A DNA stretch of 64,000 nt, taken from positions 1 through 64,000 of the forward strand of contig JAQGDQ010000179.1 in the NCBI GenBank assembly GCA_030141605.1, in the 5' to 3' direction. How positions within the stretch are numbered: position 1 is the stretch's first letter; each line of letters starts with the position of its first letter. The position numbers were made by a program, and so were the translations under genes. Source of the stretch: Tubiluchus corallicola. Taxonomy: Eukaryota; Animalia; Priapulida. Below the pieces are notes generated by a model. That model ran no database searches. It was not told the DNA's origin and saw only the letters and a list, made by a program, of their open reading frames with translations. Shown here one piece after another: positions 13,670-26,500 of the stretch.

Positions 13670-14030
13670 ACATGCACAAAAAACAAACTATGCCTGGCAG
13701 TCGCACCATCGTACCAAATAGCAGTAATACCGACTTACTCAAATGTCTAAACATGGTAGGCCTATTAACAGTTGTCTTAGTTTTTGTGTATACATGCTCT
13801 CCAGTACCGTGACATGTGTGAGATAGAAATATATTGGCCATCAGTGTGACACTCAAGGACACAGAAGATCTGTTTGAGATTTCTTTCTTGCACATATTTT
13901 AAAGTAGTCAGTCCCAGTCCCTTGATTCTCATATAGCAAGATGATCATTATAGTAAAAACATATTGTTATGACATTTGTCTTCTCATTTTCTTCACAAGC
14001 AACATACTTTCATGGTTTTATTCTTCAAGA
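13670..14030 (-). mobile_element. Possible P-element/THAP-type transposase remnant
   Basis: Fragments KYVA..EEMR, TGEHVY and GITAIWYDGATARHSLFFVH followed by a GTAAGT donor loosely match the DEM and (T/C)DGA..N..FF motifs of P-superfamily transposases. Heavily decayed. Confidence 0.3.
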
Positions 14031-14535
14031 GGCTATAACTTGCCAAATCAGAATAATACAAAGCTAAAAGTTTGTGAATGGAGTAATTTGTGTCCATAAG
14101 ACAAATTGTAACAATGTTATACTGCTATTTTGTTTCTGTTAGTTGTAGCTTATCAAATGCTTCTAGTTTTATATTCTAAATATATGATGCTAATAATGAT
14201 ATATACTGCTAAATTTTTGTTATCACTAATAGTTTAAAACAGTTAACAGCACTATGAAAGTGAACTATGGATATTTGTTTACGTGCACGTCTCCATACAT
14301 GTAAACAAAATGATATTCAATCACTAGAGAACAAGGTCAACTAGAGCCTAGAGGTTTGTCACCATTCACTTGATTTTGCTTACTGGTATATAAGCAAATG
14401 GTTTGATACCATGCCTGATGTCATTTTAACAAGTAAGGCACCAGATTTAAAAAAACAAATTTAAACTAATTATAATAGCTTTTTTCTACTTTCAGATTAA
14501 CAGAATACTTAACAACTGTATTACTGTGGCTTGGA

Positions 14536-17500
14536 ATGGATAATGAAAATTCAGTAGAGAAGTATAAATTACCTCATGAAAGCAGTGTGACTTGGACTAT
14601 AAAAAGAAAGTTTTTGCTCTTCTTCAAGGACAGATTTGAGGAAGATAGACTGTTATGCTTAGCACAAGCTTATGTTAATGTTATGGAGATGGGTTGCAGG
14701 TATGTTGGTCTAGCATATCAGCTAGTTATAGAATTGCTACATTGTGAAATAATTTTTTCTGATCTGAATTAAATTTGTCCACTTTTTTATATTGGATAAT
14801 GCAGTCAAAACCCAGTAACTAGTTTCAAAAGTACTGTTGAAGAGCATAATATTAGCTTAGAAACATATTAGATAGTTGTGTAAAAGGTTGAATGAAGAGT
14901 TATAGAACGTCAGTTGTCAGTTGTCCGGTGCACATCGTTGTCTCGTGCTCCGGCTGCTAATTATACCAGTTAGTGTTGAATAGGTTGTGATTAGGCCATG
15001 AGGCCAAGGCTGTACAAATTTCCTTATAGTTAAAAGATACTACATCGAACAAAGGTACATATGTTAAAAGACATACATGAATGGCAAGGAGAAGTTGTAC
15101 GCTTTGCAAAAGTGCAAAAAATCCAGTAAATAAAAATCAACTATATCTTGCAACGTGTGAAAGGTGCTTCAAAAACATAGGCAAACGGCGAATATGGAAA
15201 ATGATGGACACGAGGCGGCAGAAATTGTGTTTCCTGACTTCGTACTTGTTAGTGATCCAGGTGGCGAACGATATGAACAAATGCTAATTGCCGTGCAAAT
15301 AAAGCCAAAAATGACGAAAAAGATAGTAAAAAGACAATTCAATGCTTGGAATCAAAACTAGCTGCCGGTTACAAAGACCAGTCAACTCTCATCGAAAAGG
15401 TTCATAAATTATCAGCGGAACTCTCTGAACTACAAAAAAGAAAACAAAATGTAATCAACCAAACAAGTGATAGTTCCTTCAAAGATCCCAGTCACACAGA
15501 TGAAGCAAGTCAAACTTTGCTTGGGAATGGAGACACCTCCGCATCGAAACACGGCAATAACGACCTTCCATCGCAAGACGAAACCTTGCAGGAAAAGGAA
15601 ACTTGCAATGCCACAATAACTGTGAATCAAAGAAGGAAAAATCATAAAACCATACTTGCAACCACTCAAACACTAGTCCTGGGACACTCACGGACCGTAT
15701 AGTTAAATCCAAAGGACATCAGGCAAAACGTCCAGGTACACTCATACAGAGGCTTAACATTAGAAGAGTTAAGCACAAAAGTGTTAAACCGTTATCCAGC
15801 TATGAAACTTGAAAACGTGATCATCGCTTGTGGTGTAAATGACATAAGATGGATAGTGCAAAAATGCGACGAGGTTGGACAACAAATCGACAAAGAATCA
15901 TCAGTTAGAGACATCATTACAATTGCAGACAATTGTGCAAAAAACATTGCAAGTAAGTTTAAAGCTACAAACATTTTTATTTGTAATATACCGCTGACTT
16001 CAAAAAGTAAGCATTTTAATGCAAAACCATGTAATAATTTTCTGACAAACGAGCTTATACGCTCTTTCAATGATGATCTAGTCTATTTAGCTAACAAAGA
16101 GGGCTATATATTGTGCAACATTCAAAATCATTTTTTAGCTGAAGGGTTAATGGAAAGAGACGGTTTACATTTAAGTCGTACTGGTGTATCAAAATTAGCA
16201 GAACGACTGAACCTATGTTTACACAATGATCCTAAGCGTTGGTACGTGAAAACAAGACGCAAGCCAATGTCCCATACAAACCCATACCAAAACAATTCTG
16301 CAATTTCGCTCCAAAATAACCCGTTTGGTTTATGTATTGGTTCATCTCACAATACCAGCTATTCAGACGCAGTTAAGAAACCTGGTCTTCTCCCAACGGC
16401 AGTAATTAACGACCCACAACGAACCTACTCCGTTTCCAACCGGAGAGAGCCATCTGAACGAAGCAGTTTGTACTATGCAGAATCGGCTAAAGCTCATTAT
16501 CCTAATAAATGTTCTACAACACTGCCAAGCTAAACTGAACCGCTGCTGTTAACTCAAGAACCAGCTCTAAAATCCGAGATTGAAAACATACTAACCAAAG
16601 CCTTTAAAGAGCCTATCTCCAAGTTCATATAGGCCTAGTATCGTTTAGCTTGTTTTTAGACATTACTCTGAACTCTAAAGCTAATCTGCGTAAACCTGTT
16701 ATAAAACTCTTTTTTTACTATGCTATTATGATTTTAATGATGACACTGAATAACAGAAAATTGTTAGCACTGCTGCTAGTGAATTTTTACATAATATGGC
16801 AAAATAGGCCAATCCTTCCTAACTCGTGTAAAGATTATAACATTACAATTGTGTATACCAGTATTATAATAACAATTATCTCACCCACGTTATTACATAA
16901 TAGGAAATATTTATTTCTTATAGTACTGTATTCTATACAAGCCCTTTTACTCACAGCCGATATTAGTATCCTTGTGATCATTCTAAAATTAATTTACCGC
17001 GCATGTGTAACATTTTACTGTGTAAGCCTGATACTATGCTGCTGTATTACTGCAAAAAAACTGCAAGTTAACGTTATTTTATTTGTGCTAATAGGTTCAT
17101 TTTGGAAACCATATGAATTTACTTCTTTTATCGTAGTTGATATTTCTAACATATCTTATCATAAAATTACTAAATTTATTTGTGATTATGGTAGCCTTTG
17201 TATATTTAACACCAAACAGTTAAGTTCTTTTATTGTAACTATGCTTACGTCTTAGTTATACTACGTACATTACTACCCATACTAAAACTGAAAATGATCT
17301 ACGTAACAGTAATTTGTAACGTAATGACTAAAGGTAATTTAAACAACTTTTTCATTGCTTTTTCTGTAAATAGCAATAAAATAAGACACTCTGTGCAATT
17401 TATTTTAAAAAGATTTGTACCCATCTTAAAAGTTGTGTACCTCAGTGCTATAAGACAAATGCGTCATGTCAATCTAAAATACGTAGCACTAAAAAATTGG

Positions 17501-20500
17501 AAAAATTACAGATTTCATCTAAATTTGAAAGCGCTCTATACTCATGTTCTGAACTGGCTTACATTTTAACCATAATTCGTTTACTACTTATACTTGGTGG
17601 TATCAAAACTAACCCTGGACCCATTTTGCCAAATAATAATACCAGTAATGAGCTAAAAAAATTCATGATTACTTATAAAAAGAACATCGAATTTCTAAAT
17701 ATGAATATTCAAAGTCTCGTCAAAAAACACTGGCTGCTCAAAGATACAATTCACACCACCGAAAATCTAATTGTAGGCATAACTGAAACTTGGCTACATA
17801 AACAAATACTTAGCAACACTATAGAGTTACCTAATCACACATTAATAAGAAGAGACAGATGTAAAAATAAGAAGGGTGCAGCGGATGCGTTTTTGAAAAT
17901 AAAAAAGCTCTTATAATGGGCGATTTCAACCTTGATATTTTAGCTACAATCACACTGGAATACAAAACATACACAGAGTTCTTAAAACAATATAATGTCC
18001 ACATACTTAATAACAATAAACCTACTTGAATTTCTAAAACATCAGCCACAGTAATCAATCATTTCATTTCGAATGGTAACAATAATTTCATAGCATATGA
18101 TACTTTCCCGTGTGATTATTCAGATCATCATTTCACAATATTAGTAGATAAAATGACCCCACAGCATAACAATAACCAAAATTCAGTCTAGCATTTAATG
18201 AGAGTCTACGCTCAATACAACAAATATTCATACTTAATCGACTTAGCAAAAATGAACTGGACCTCCATATACATGACTGATAAAATAGATACACAAGTTA
18301 ATATTCTGATTAATAATGTTGAATATTGCCTTAATGTACATGCGCCATATAAAAACGTAAAACAAATCCCACAACAAAGCAAACTCAGTAACGAAAGTAC
18401 CTGGACAACACCTGAACTTGACAAACTAAGAATAGCGAAAAACAGAATGTATAATATATGGGAAAAGAACAAAACTAAAAACAATCATAACAATTATAAA
18501 AAAAGAGAAATCAGTTTAATAATCTTAATAAATGCTTGAAAAATAAACATATACAACAGCAATGTAAAAACTCAACAAATACTAAAGAAAAATGGAAAAT
18601 TATTAACAATGTAATAAATAAATGCCGTAACAAACTAACGCGTATTGACGAAATTAAGATCAACAACACTGTTATTACAAAACCCAAAGATATTGCCAAT
18701 GCGCTAAATGCAATATTCTTGAATCTTGGAAATTTTAAAGGAGTGGCTTCTCATATTAGCAATAATATAATTAATAAATTAAAAAACAAATTGTCTAACA
18801 CAGTATTCTCATTCAAAAGCGTCACAGTAGGGGAAATTAACGACATATTAAATAACTTAAGTTCCAACAAAGGGAGTGGGCCATCAGATATTCCTATCAA
18901 AATTCTAAAAGATAGTGCATCTGTAATAGCCCCGCATATGACTTACATTGCTAATCAGATAATTATGAGAGGCGAATTTCCAACTGTATGTAAAATGGCA
19001 AACGTGACTCCAATCCATAAAAAAGATCCAAAATGTGATCCCATGAATTATCGCCCAATTTCCGTAATCCATTGTTTCGGCAAAGTTTGGGAAAGGATTA
19101 TTTATGATCAGATAAATTCATACGTAAGTAAACATGAACTTTTATCAAAACATCAGTTTGGCTTCCATAAACACCATTCAACCATTGACGCCCTAATACA
19201 CACAACAGAAAATTGGAGACTTAGTTTAGACAACAAGCAATACATTTTAGCGGCATTTTTGGATTTAAGTAAAGCATTCGATAGCATTAATCACGAACTA
19301 CTTTACGATAACTTAAAACAAATCGGATTTGATTCGATATCATTAAAACTGATAGAAAATTATCTCAAAGATAGACAGCAACGAGTAAAGTTAGATACAA
19401 CCAACTTTTCTGACTGGGCCACGATAAACAGAGGTATACCGCAAGGAACACTACTAGGTCCGTTATTATTTTGCCTATATATAAACAACATATCCAGTGT
19501 ATTACAACACTCACAAATAACGCAATATGCTGATAACACTACAATCTACATAGCCCATGAAAATATCCAAACTGCAAAAAATTATTTAGAAAAAGATATA
19601 AAAAATATAAATATGGCATTTAGTCATTACAAGCTAAAAATGAATAATGACAAAACAGAATTCATGATATTGTCACCCTCATTAAATACTAATGATGCAT
19701 CATTAACCCCTTTGACAATAGATAAGGCTGTAATCAAACAAACTAATAATGTTAAATTTCTGGGCATACAGGTAGACAATAATCTTTCACGGGATGAACT
19801 CTTTAATAACATATACACAAAAATGGCATCTAGCACATCATATCTCCGACAAGTTAAAGGGCAACTAACAAAGGAAACTAAGACACTAATATATAAAACT
19901 TTAGTTCTACCACACTTCTTATATGGATGTACGCTACTTCTAAAAACCAAAACAGAAAATTACTTAAAATTAAATCTCCTTTAGAACTATACGTTGAGAT
20001 TGATAGCTGGGTACTTATACAAACGTAAGGCAGGTAGACAAAAATTCAAAGCTTCAACAACTAACCTGAGAAAAACTTTAAAATTCCCAATCATTGAAGC
20101 ACACAAAGAATATTTTACTCTGCTTTTTATATTTAAGTACATTAGCAACATCAGCAAACCATTCCAGAATAACAGATTTAGCTTTTTTCCAAATCCTATC
20201 ATTAATTCCAGAATAAGCAATCTAAAACAAATTAGGACAAACACCCACTACGGAACGAACTCTATAATCAAACAAGCAATTCTACTTTGGAATTCTCTAC
20301 CATTACAGGTTAAACAAACCAAGTCCCTATCAGCATTTAAAACAAAATTAAAATCACTAATATTAACCAGATATGAAATACCATCACACCAGTATGACAA
20401 CATACACACTAATTCAGAATTCATGTATCCACGGCCATATTAATTAAATCATAGTTTTTTTTTTCATTTTTTTGTGCATAGTTGTAAATATGTTTGATTT

Positions 20501-23500
20501 TATTCGTCGTTACTTTCCATTACTACACAGTCACAGTAGTTTAGATTGCACTGACGTCTTTGCCTTTAGCAGTGTAAGTTTTTATTAACTAACACTGATT
20601 GATCATCTCTGTAAAGTTTTTATCAGTGATTATCAATGTATTTTAATGGCAAATAAAGATTATATATATATATGTAACAAAAAGCAGTATTTGATTATAT
20701 TTAATTATACTAGAATTTTTTTCACATGATTATATATTCGCTCAAAAAATACATGTATGTACTGTGCACATAATAATGAAATATAAAATTAGTGCCAAAG
20801 TAAGTCTTTTCACAGTATTTTTACTAGTTATTATAGATGTAAAAAGTCTTTTTGAATTAACGTATAGATAACTTTGATAGCTGTCACTTTTCATTCATTA
20901 GGTACAAGTTACCATAGTTAATATAAGAGTACAGTCTTTGTAATGTTTAGTTGGGTAGTGGAAATATAGTGCTTTTTAGCAAAATTATGTTTGGTTACCT
21001 GTAAGTGCAGACTAATTGCTTGTAATATCAATCCCTCCTCACCAGTTGGTGTTAATCTTTTGTTGTTAAATTTAATATTTAGATTCAGTTTGTGTTTCCA
21101 GTTCTATACTGTAACATTTCTTTTGTATTTTATGTCAGTGTCCATTCACATTTAGATGTTTTTCATTCATATTTCAGATATCCCGAAGAGCTTATGACAC
21201 AACTAAAAGATTTAGCTGCAGAACTGAATGAAGAATTTGGTCCTAATTTAAGGGAAAAGAACAACAGAATTGATTTTGTTGCTGGAAAACAAGGTTTCAA
21301 CTTTGAAAATATCATAAAATTGTCTTTCTGGTTTTTAACTTATTTTTTTTATTTGTAATTGGTCACTCACTTGATTTGTTGTGGTGAGCAGTTCTGATAT
21401 GTACTATATGTGAGTATTTTACCTCGAATTACAGGGCTTTCCAAATGAAATTCTTTGAGAGCAATTCATCATTTTGTTTTTTGGGTTATTGAATGCACTG
21501 CTGTTTACAAATAAGTTCAAATTCAGTCTACATGTATTTCAGCTTGATGATTTAAAATAACATATTAAAGTGAAATGTTTTTGTATGTGGTGTTTATCTT
21601 ACAGCATTCTAAAATTTGGTAGTGTCATGTTAAATGATTATTAACATGATAATTTATCATTATTAAATAACATGATCTTGTTTAGTGATCATCATGACAA
21701 CCATACAATGATATAGTTTGTGCTATTCAAAACATACAAGGTTTTCAAAAATCCAGTTGAACAACTTTTTATCAACCTTGTGACAAAGAATAATTTACAG
21801 GAGTACGTCTACAAAATCCTTCTAGATAAACCAACTCTATACTGAATGGACTCTGTCTAAAGATACTGCTTTTAACTAAATATAGCTTACCTTGTTCACA
21901 ATGTATGTGTTATAATAGGAATTAACATGGTGCCATAACTGAATCTGTTGTACCAGCTTAAATTGAGTTTTTTGTGTATTTTGTGGATACATGCTCCAAA
22001 TTCTGAGTGAAAAAAACTGTTAAATTTGCTAAAAGTAAATTACTAGTGCATTACAGCTCCCTCTTCCTGTAAATTGTCATTTTTTCGTGCATTATAACAG
22101 TAATTACCTCTTTTTGGCTATTATAATTCCGCCATGAATTAACCATATTTATGTCACGTTTTTTCAGTATAAATAGAATATATACTGAAAAATACGTTTC
22201 AATATAAATTGTACGATGCAAATAAACTTGAATTAATTGTTTGCATGAGGGAAAGCCTAGTTGCTTTTCTTTCAGCTCATCAAAGCCAATCTTTCAAATC
22301 AGATTCGTCAACTTTCCAGCATAATATTTCACAAAGAGAAACATTAATATCCACTGTTAAGCCACATCATATGAGAAACACACTTGCCAAGCGAAAACTG
22401 GATACCGAGTCTACTGAAGAATCAGATGGGAAGTCTTTGCGCACATCCGCTAATATGCCTACTGTCAAAGGTAATAGTTTTGTAATTTATGATAAAATAG
22501 TAATGTTGTTTAGGGCATTGTTCAGAGATAACACATAATGCAACTCAATACTTATTTCCAAGGTACATCCAACTATTATTACCACATACTACTTTGACAA
22601 ATCCGGTGTGCATGATTGAAGAACGAACGGACGATTGTTTAAATCTTTGGTTTGACTCAGCCAGGAGTTGTACCCCAGTTATTCTGTGCAACTCACATTA
22701 CTAATTTAAATGTATGTACAAAAGTTAGCAGTTTACTGTGGTGCTGTGTGTACTAGCATGTACTTAAGTGCCTGACAACTGCACACGATTGCAAACAATT
22801 ACAGTTTCTCAAAATAATGATCGTGGACTATAAACTCTTATAGAATTGCTGTGGTATCGTCAATTGGTCTAAGATACTATGTCCATTATAGTCAGCAATT
22901 TCTGTTTTAGAATTAATATCATACTGTTTCAATGCAGTATTCAAATTTATTTTGCATCCTTATAGCTGTTTCCCGTTTTAGGATTACACCGAATCACATG
23001 CTTGTAAAAAATTTGCCTGTTTTTGGACTTTAACTAGTTTTAAGTCTCAAAACACATTGATTTTGGCTAATTATGAAAATTTATAATTGAAGGTTTTACA
23101 ATTTTGCAATAACAATAAATGCATGTAGATTTTTAAAGATACATTTGTGCTTTGTAATTTTCTGTTTTATTTACATATTTAGCTACTGGATCTTGCTCTT
23201 CTGCACAAGGACCAAAAGTTTTCACTTTAAATAGAGTGAATAACAATCAACTTCTTGATGATTTTGTCATTTTAGAAGAACCAAAATTTAATGCTATACA
23301 TGTACTTCAGCGATCCGCCTCTGCAAATCGGGCGCAGTATCGAGAAGAAATTGAAAGTTTGCCAACTTGTCAATATAGGTGAGTTTTGCTTATTATTATA
23401 CGTCAGTTTTCTAACAAATTCTCCAATTCATCACAAGAGTAATATGTGACAAAGAAACAGATTTGTTATTGTGGCAAATGTTATTTGTGTCAGTAGCAGT

Positions 23501-26500
23501 TTTGAACAAATTCTGCAATTATCATGTGATGTGTCATGTGATCAGTCAAAAGTAGATTTTTTGTTGGCGTTGCTTACAGATGTCATATGTGTAACTGATG
23601 TTGTGCGTCTGTTGCTTTTTAGGAATCGTTAAATGGTATATATTGTGTCTGTGTATCTGTGCGTGCTTAATCTTATTAGTAATAAATCATGTAATTTGGA
23701 ATTCTAGTGGTACATGATGAAACATATGCAATGCAATGCCTGTGGCCTTGCTTGTTCATTGGCCTGCAGTTTCGGCTATAGTGTTGCTAATTAGTGATAT
23801 AGGGTTGCACCAAATGTTCTGATTGCCAAAATTGTTTCCCGGAATATCGGTACTAAAATCCGATAAACTTTAATTGCAGTCACTAAAAGGTTTGGTGAAT
23901 TTCATTATATTGAAGTTGCTTTCTTAATAATTATCATGTTTAGTGAAAATTATATGTAACAAACCTAATACTTCCCATTAATTCTTATAAGAAGTCATGT
24001 GATAGTAAACAGGGAGTACGGTGCAACAGCTGACATTTTGCTTTCTGTTTCTGTATGAATATATAAATCGAAGAATGCGATGCGCCGTCGGTATACACAA
24101 GTCGTATCAATGCACAATATCATGATGGTGCTGTATTATACACGACAAAGTAAATCAGTGAGAACTCGAGGTAGTAAACAATTATACTATCGCAGTGCTA
24201 TTTTATTGATTGTACAAAATAGTTCGAACACCTTTAAAATAATTTAAAGGTGGTTTTAAAATACTTTTTACTTTACTACATAACCATTAAAAAAGAAAAG
24301 AAAATGGTTATTATTATGGCATTTCACCAATCACCATTAACTTAAAATGATAAAACATTACAGAATTTATAATTCTTTCAATTGGGGATTACAAGAAGAT
24401 TTGGTGCAGTTTTGGTAGAAAATTTGGTTCAGCTTTGGTCCGGTATTCTAATTTGCCTTGATATTTTATTCAAAATTTGTTTTGGTAGCACGGCCAATCA
24501 CTCTTTTAATCTTCGGTTCGGCGATACCCAAGCATGAAAAAAATCAGCTTTGTATCGGTTGCCAACAATGTGCCTTCGGTGTACTGCTAGTGTGGTAACA
24601 ATCACTTTCTCGGAGTCATAGATGCCCTGTTGCCCTCAAGCTCGATGTTATTTGCATGTTATTGACAATTCAGCTTTTATTACACAGTAGGCACATTTGC
24701 ATTTACTATCAGATTCACAACTGTTCACCATTGTTGCAATAATAGTTTGACTTCACTTATTAATTTTTTTGTCAGGGTGAAAGTTTTCATAGATGACACG
24801 TTTATTGGTGAAGCAGTCGGCTCGACAAGAAAGTCTACAAAAGAAGAAGCACATAATAGAGTTCTGGCCAGACTAAAAGCTAGACAACCAGTGATTAGGG
24901 TAGAAAATAAGTTTTTATATTATTTTACTTGTAAGCAGGGCCAGATTATGACCTTTTAGGACCCCTAGGATAATGAAATTATGGGCCCCCTCAGATGGAG
25001 TCACCTTCTAATTCGCCCGCACCCGTTTTGAATATTTTTACTCATGATGTATTTTAGCGATATTTACATATCTTGAAGTAAACGTATTACAAATTCTTTA
25101 AATAAACTAGAATAGATATTTTACTGTAGCAATAAATTCTTTTGTTTTTCAATAAAAATTTGTTTAAGAAATACCACTATTTTACAATTCATTGCACATC
25201 AAATTAGCACATATTTCAATACAACCATAGTGAAAAGACAGGTTTTTTTATCAAATACGTACTACCAAAACTTGAGGCCCCCAAGCTTGACGGGTCCTAG
25301 GCTGCAGTGTACACTAGCCCATAGGATAATCAGGCCCTGCTTATAAGGTTAATTACAGTTGCCTACTAATCTCACATGCAGTTCAAACTTTAAGACTTTA
25401 AGACCTGAAGTAACCTATTGTAAGGTTTTTTATTTACCATTCCTCATATTTTGTGTTCTGTGGATGAATTTTGTCTTGATCATCTTTGGTGACCAATGCA
25501 ACAAACATCTGCAGCAAAGTTTATCAACTCATTTTTTAAGACCACGACTGGCTAGCAGACAACTGAGATCTACATTTCGAGTCTTGGTTCTGCTATCTAC
25601 TAGATAATTTTTACAATCTACTTTGTAAATTTGTGTTTTACTGCAGCAATATTGCCTTCTTAGCTTGCTTTTTACTGGTGTTTTTTAACATTTTATTCAG
25701 TTTTGTGACAAAGCAGCATCTGCTATTGACCAGCACGTTAATCTAGAAAACAGAAAGTTGTATGTAAAAACAGCATTCCTACCTAAACCACTGTTCAGTA
25801 GTATATTGGTTTTAATATTGATTTAATAAATTCTAAAACAATGAATTTATGTGCGCATACAGTTTTTAATTGCAATATTGGAACAAGTCGTTATCTAAAT
25901 AAATGATGTCAGGAACCATTGCCTTAGTATTGCTGACTCTTAAATTTCCACATTCCATCTGTGAACCTATTTCTGCTGTATTTTGTATCTCACAACTAAC
26001 TTGAGATTTGAAGCCAGTTAGATTGGTTAATGTGTGAATCTAATATGAATATTTTCAAGTTTTAGATCTTCATGCTGCTGTTCTGTGTATTATAATGTAG
26101 TCTGAAAATGCACTGCTTGGCTAGTAACCAGAGCCTTGAATCATCTCCATTGTAGTAATTCGTAAGCTTTGTAGTAACTATTACTTTCACCTTGATCCGG
26201 TGAATCAGTTTGTTCTTATTCAGAGCTTAGATCCCATTTGAACAAGCCTGTGGTTACTCTTGTGAATTGAAGAAGGAATGAATGCAAAAATATTATATTT
26301 CTATTTTTTTGCTTTTTGAGGTTAATGAAGCAGATCCAACTGATGGCCAGCTAGAGGTTAATAGATCTGATTTTTACAAAACGACTACAGGTGGCAGCAG
26401 TAATAGCCTCGATGACGATAATATGGGAAAGAGGCTGCTTCAGATGATGGGGTGGGCCGGAGGAGGTTTAGGAAAGGAAGGCAATGAAGGTGAGAGGTTT

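Larger units (their letters stand above)
14886..20673 (+). mobile_element. Near full-length, inactivated CR1/L2-group LINE (about 5.8 kb) in NKRF intron 1, sense orientation
   Basis: 5' UTR, ORF1 remnants, ORF2 remnants with APE and RT, a 3' UTR with stem-loops (CACTGAT..ATCAGTG), AATAAA at about 20652 and a (TA)n tail. The 5' boundary is approximate and no convincing TSD was seen. Confidence 0.92.

Noticed and set aside
18536-19984. Active or domesticated reverse transcriptase
   Set aside because: Catalytic YADD is YADN, and the ORF is bounded by frameshifts and stops within a decayed LINE.
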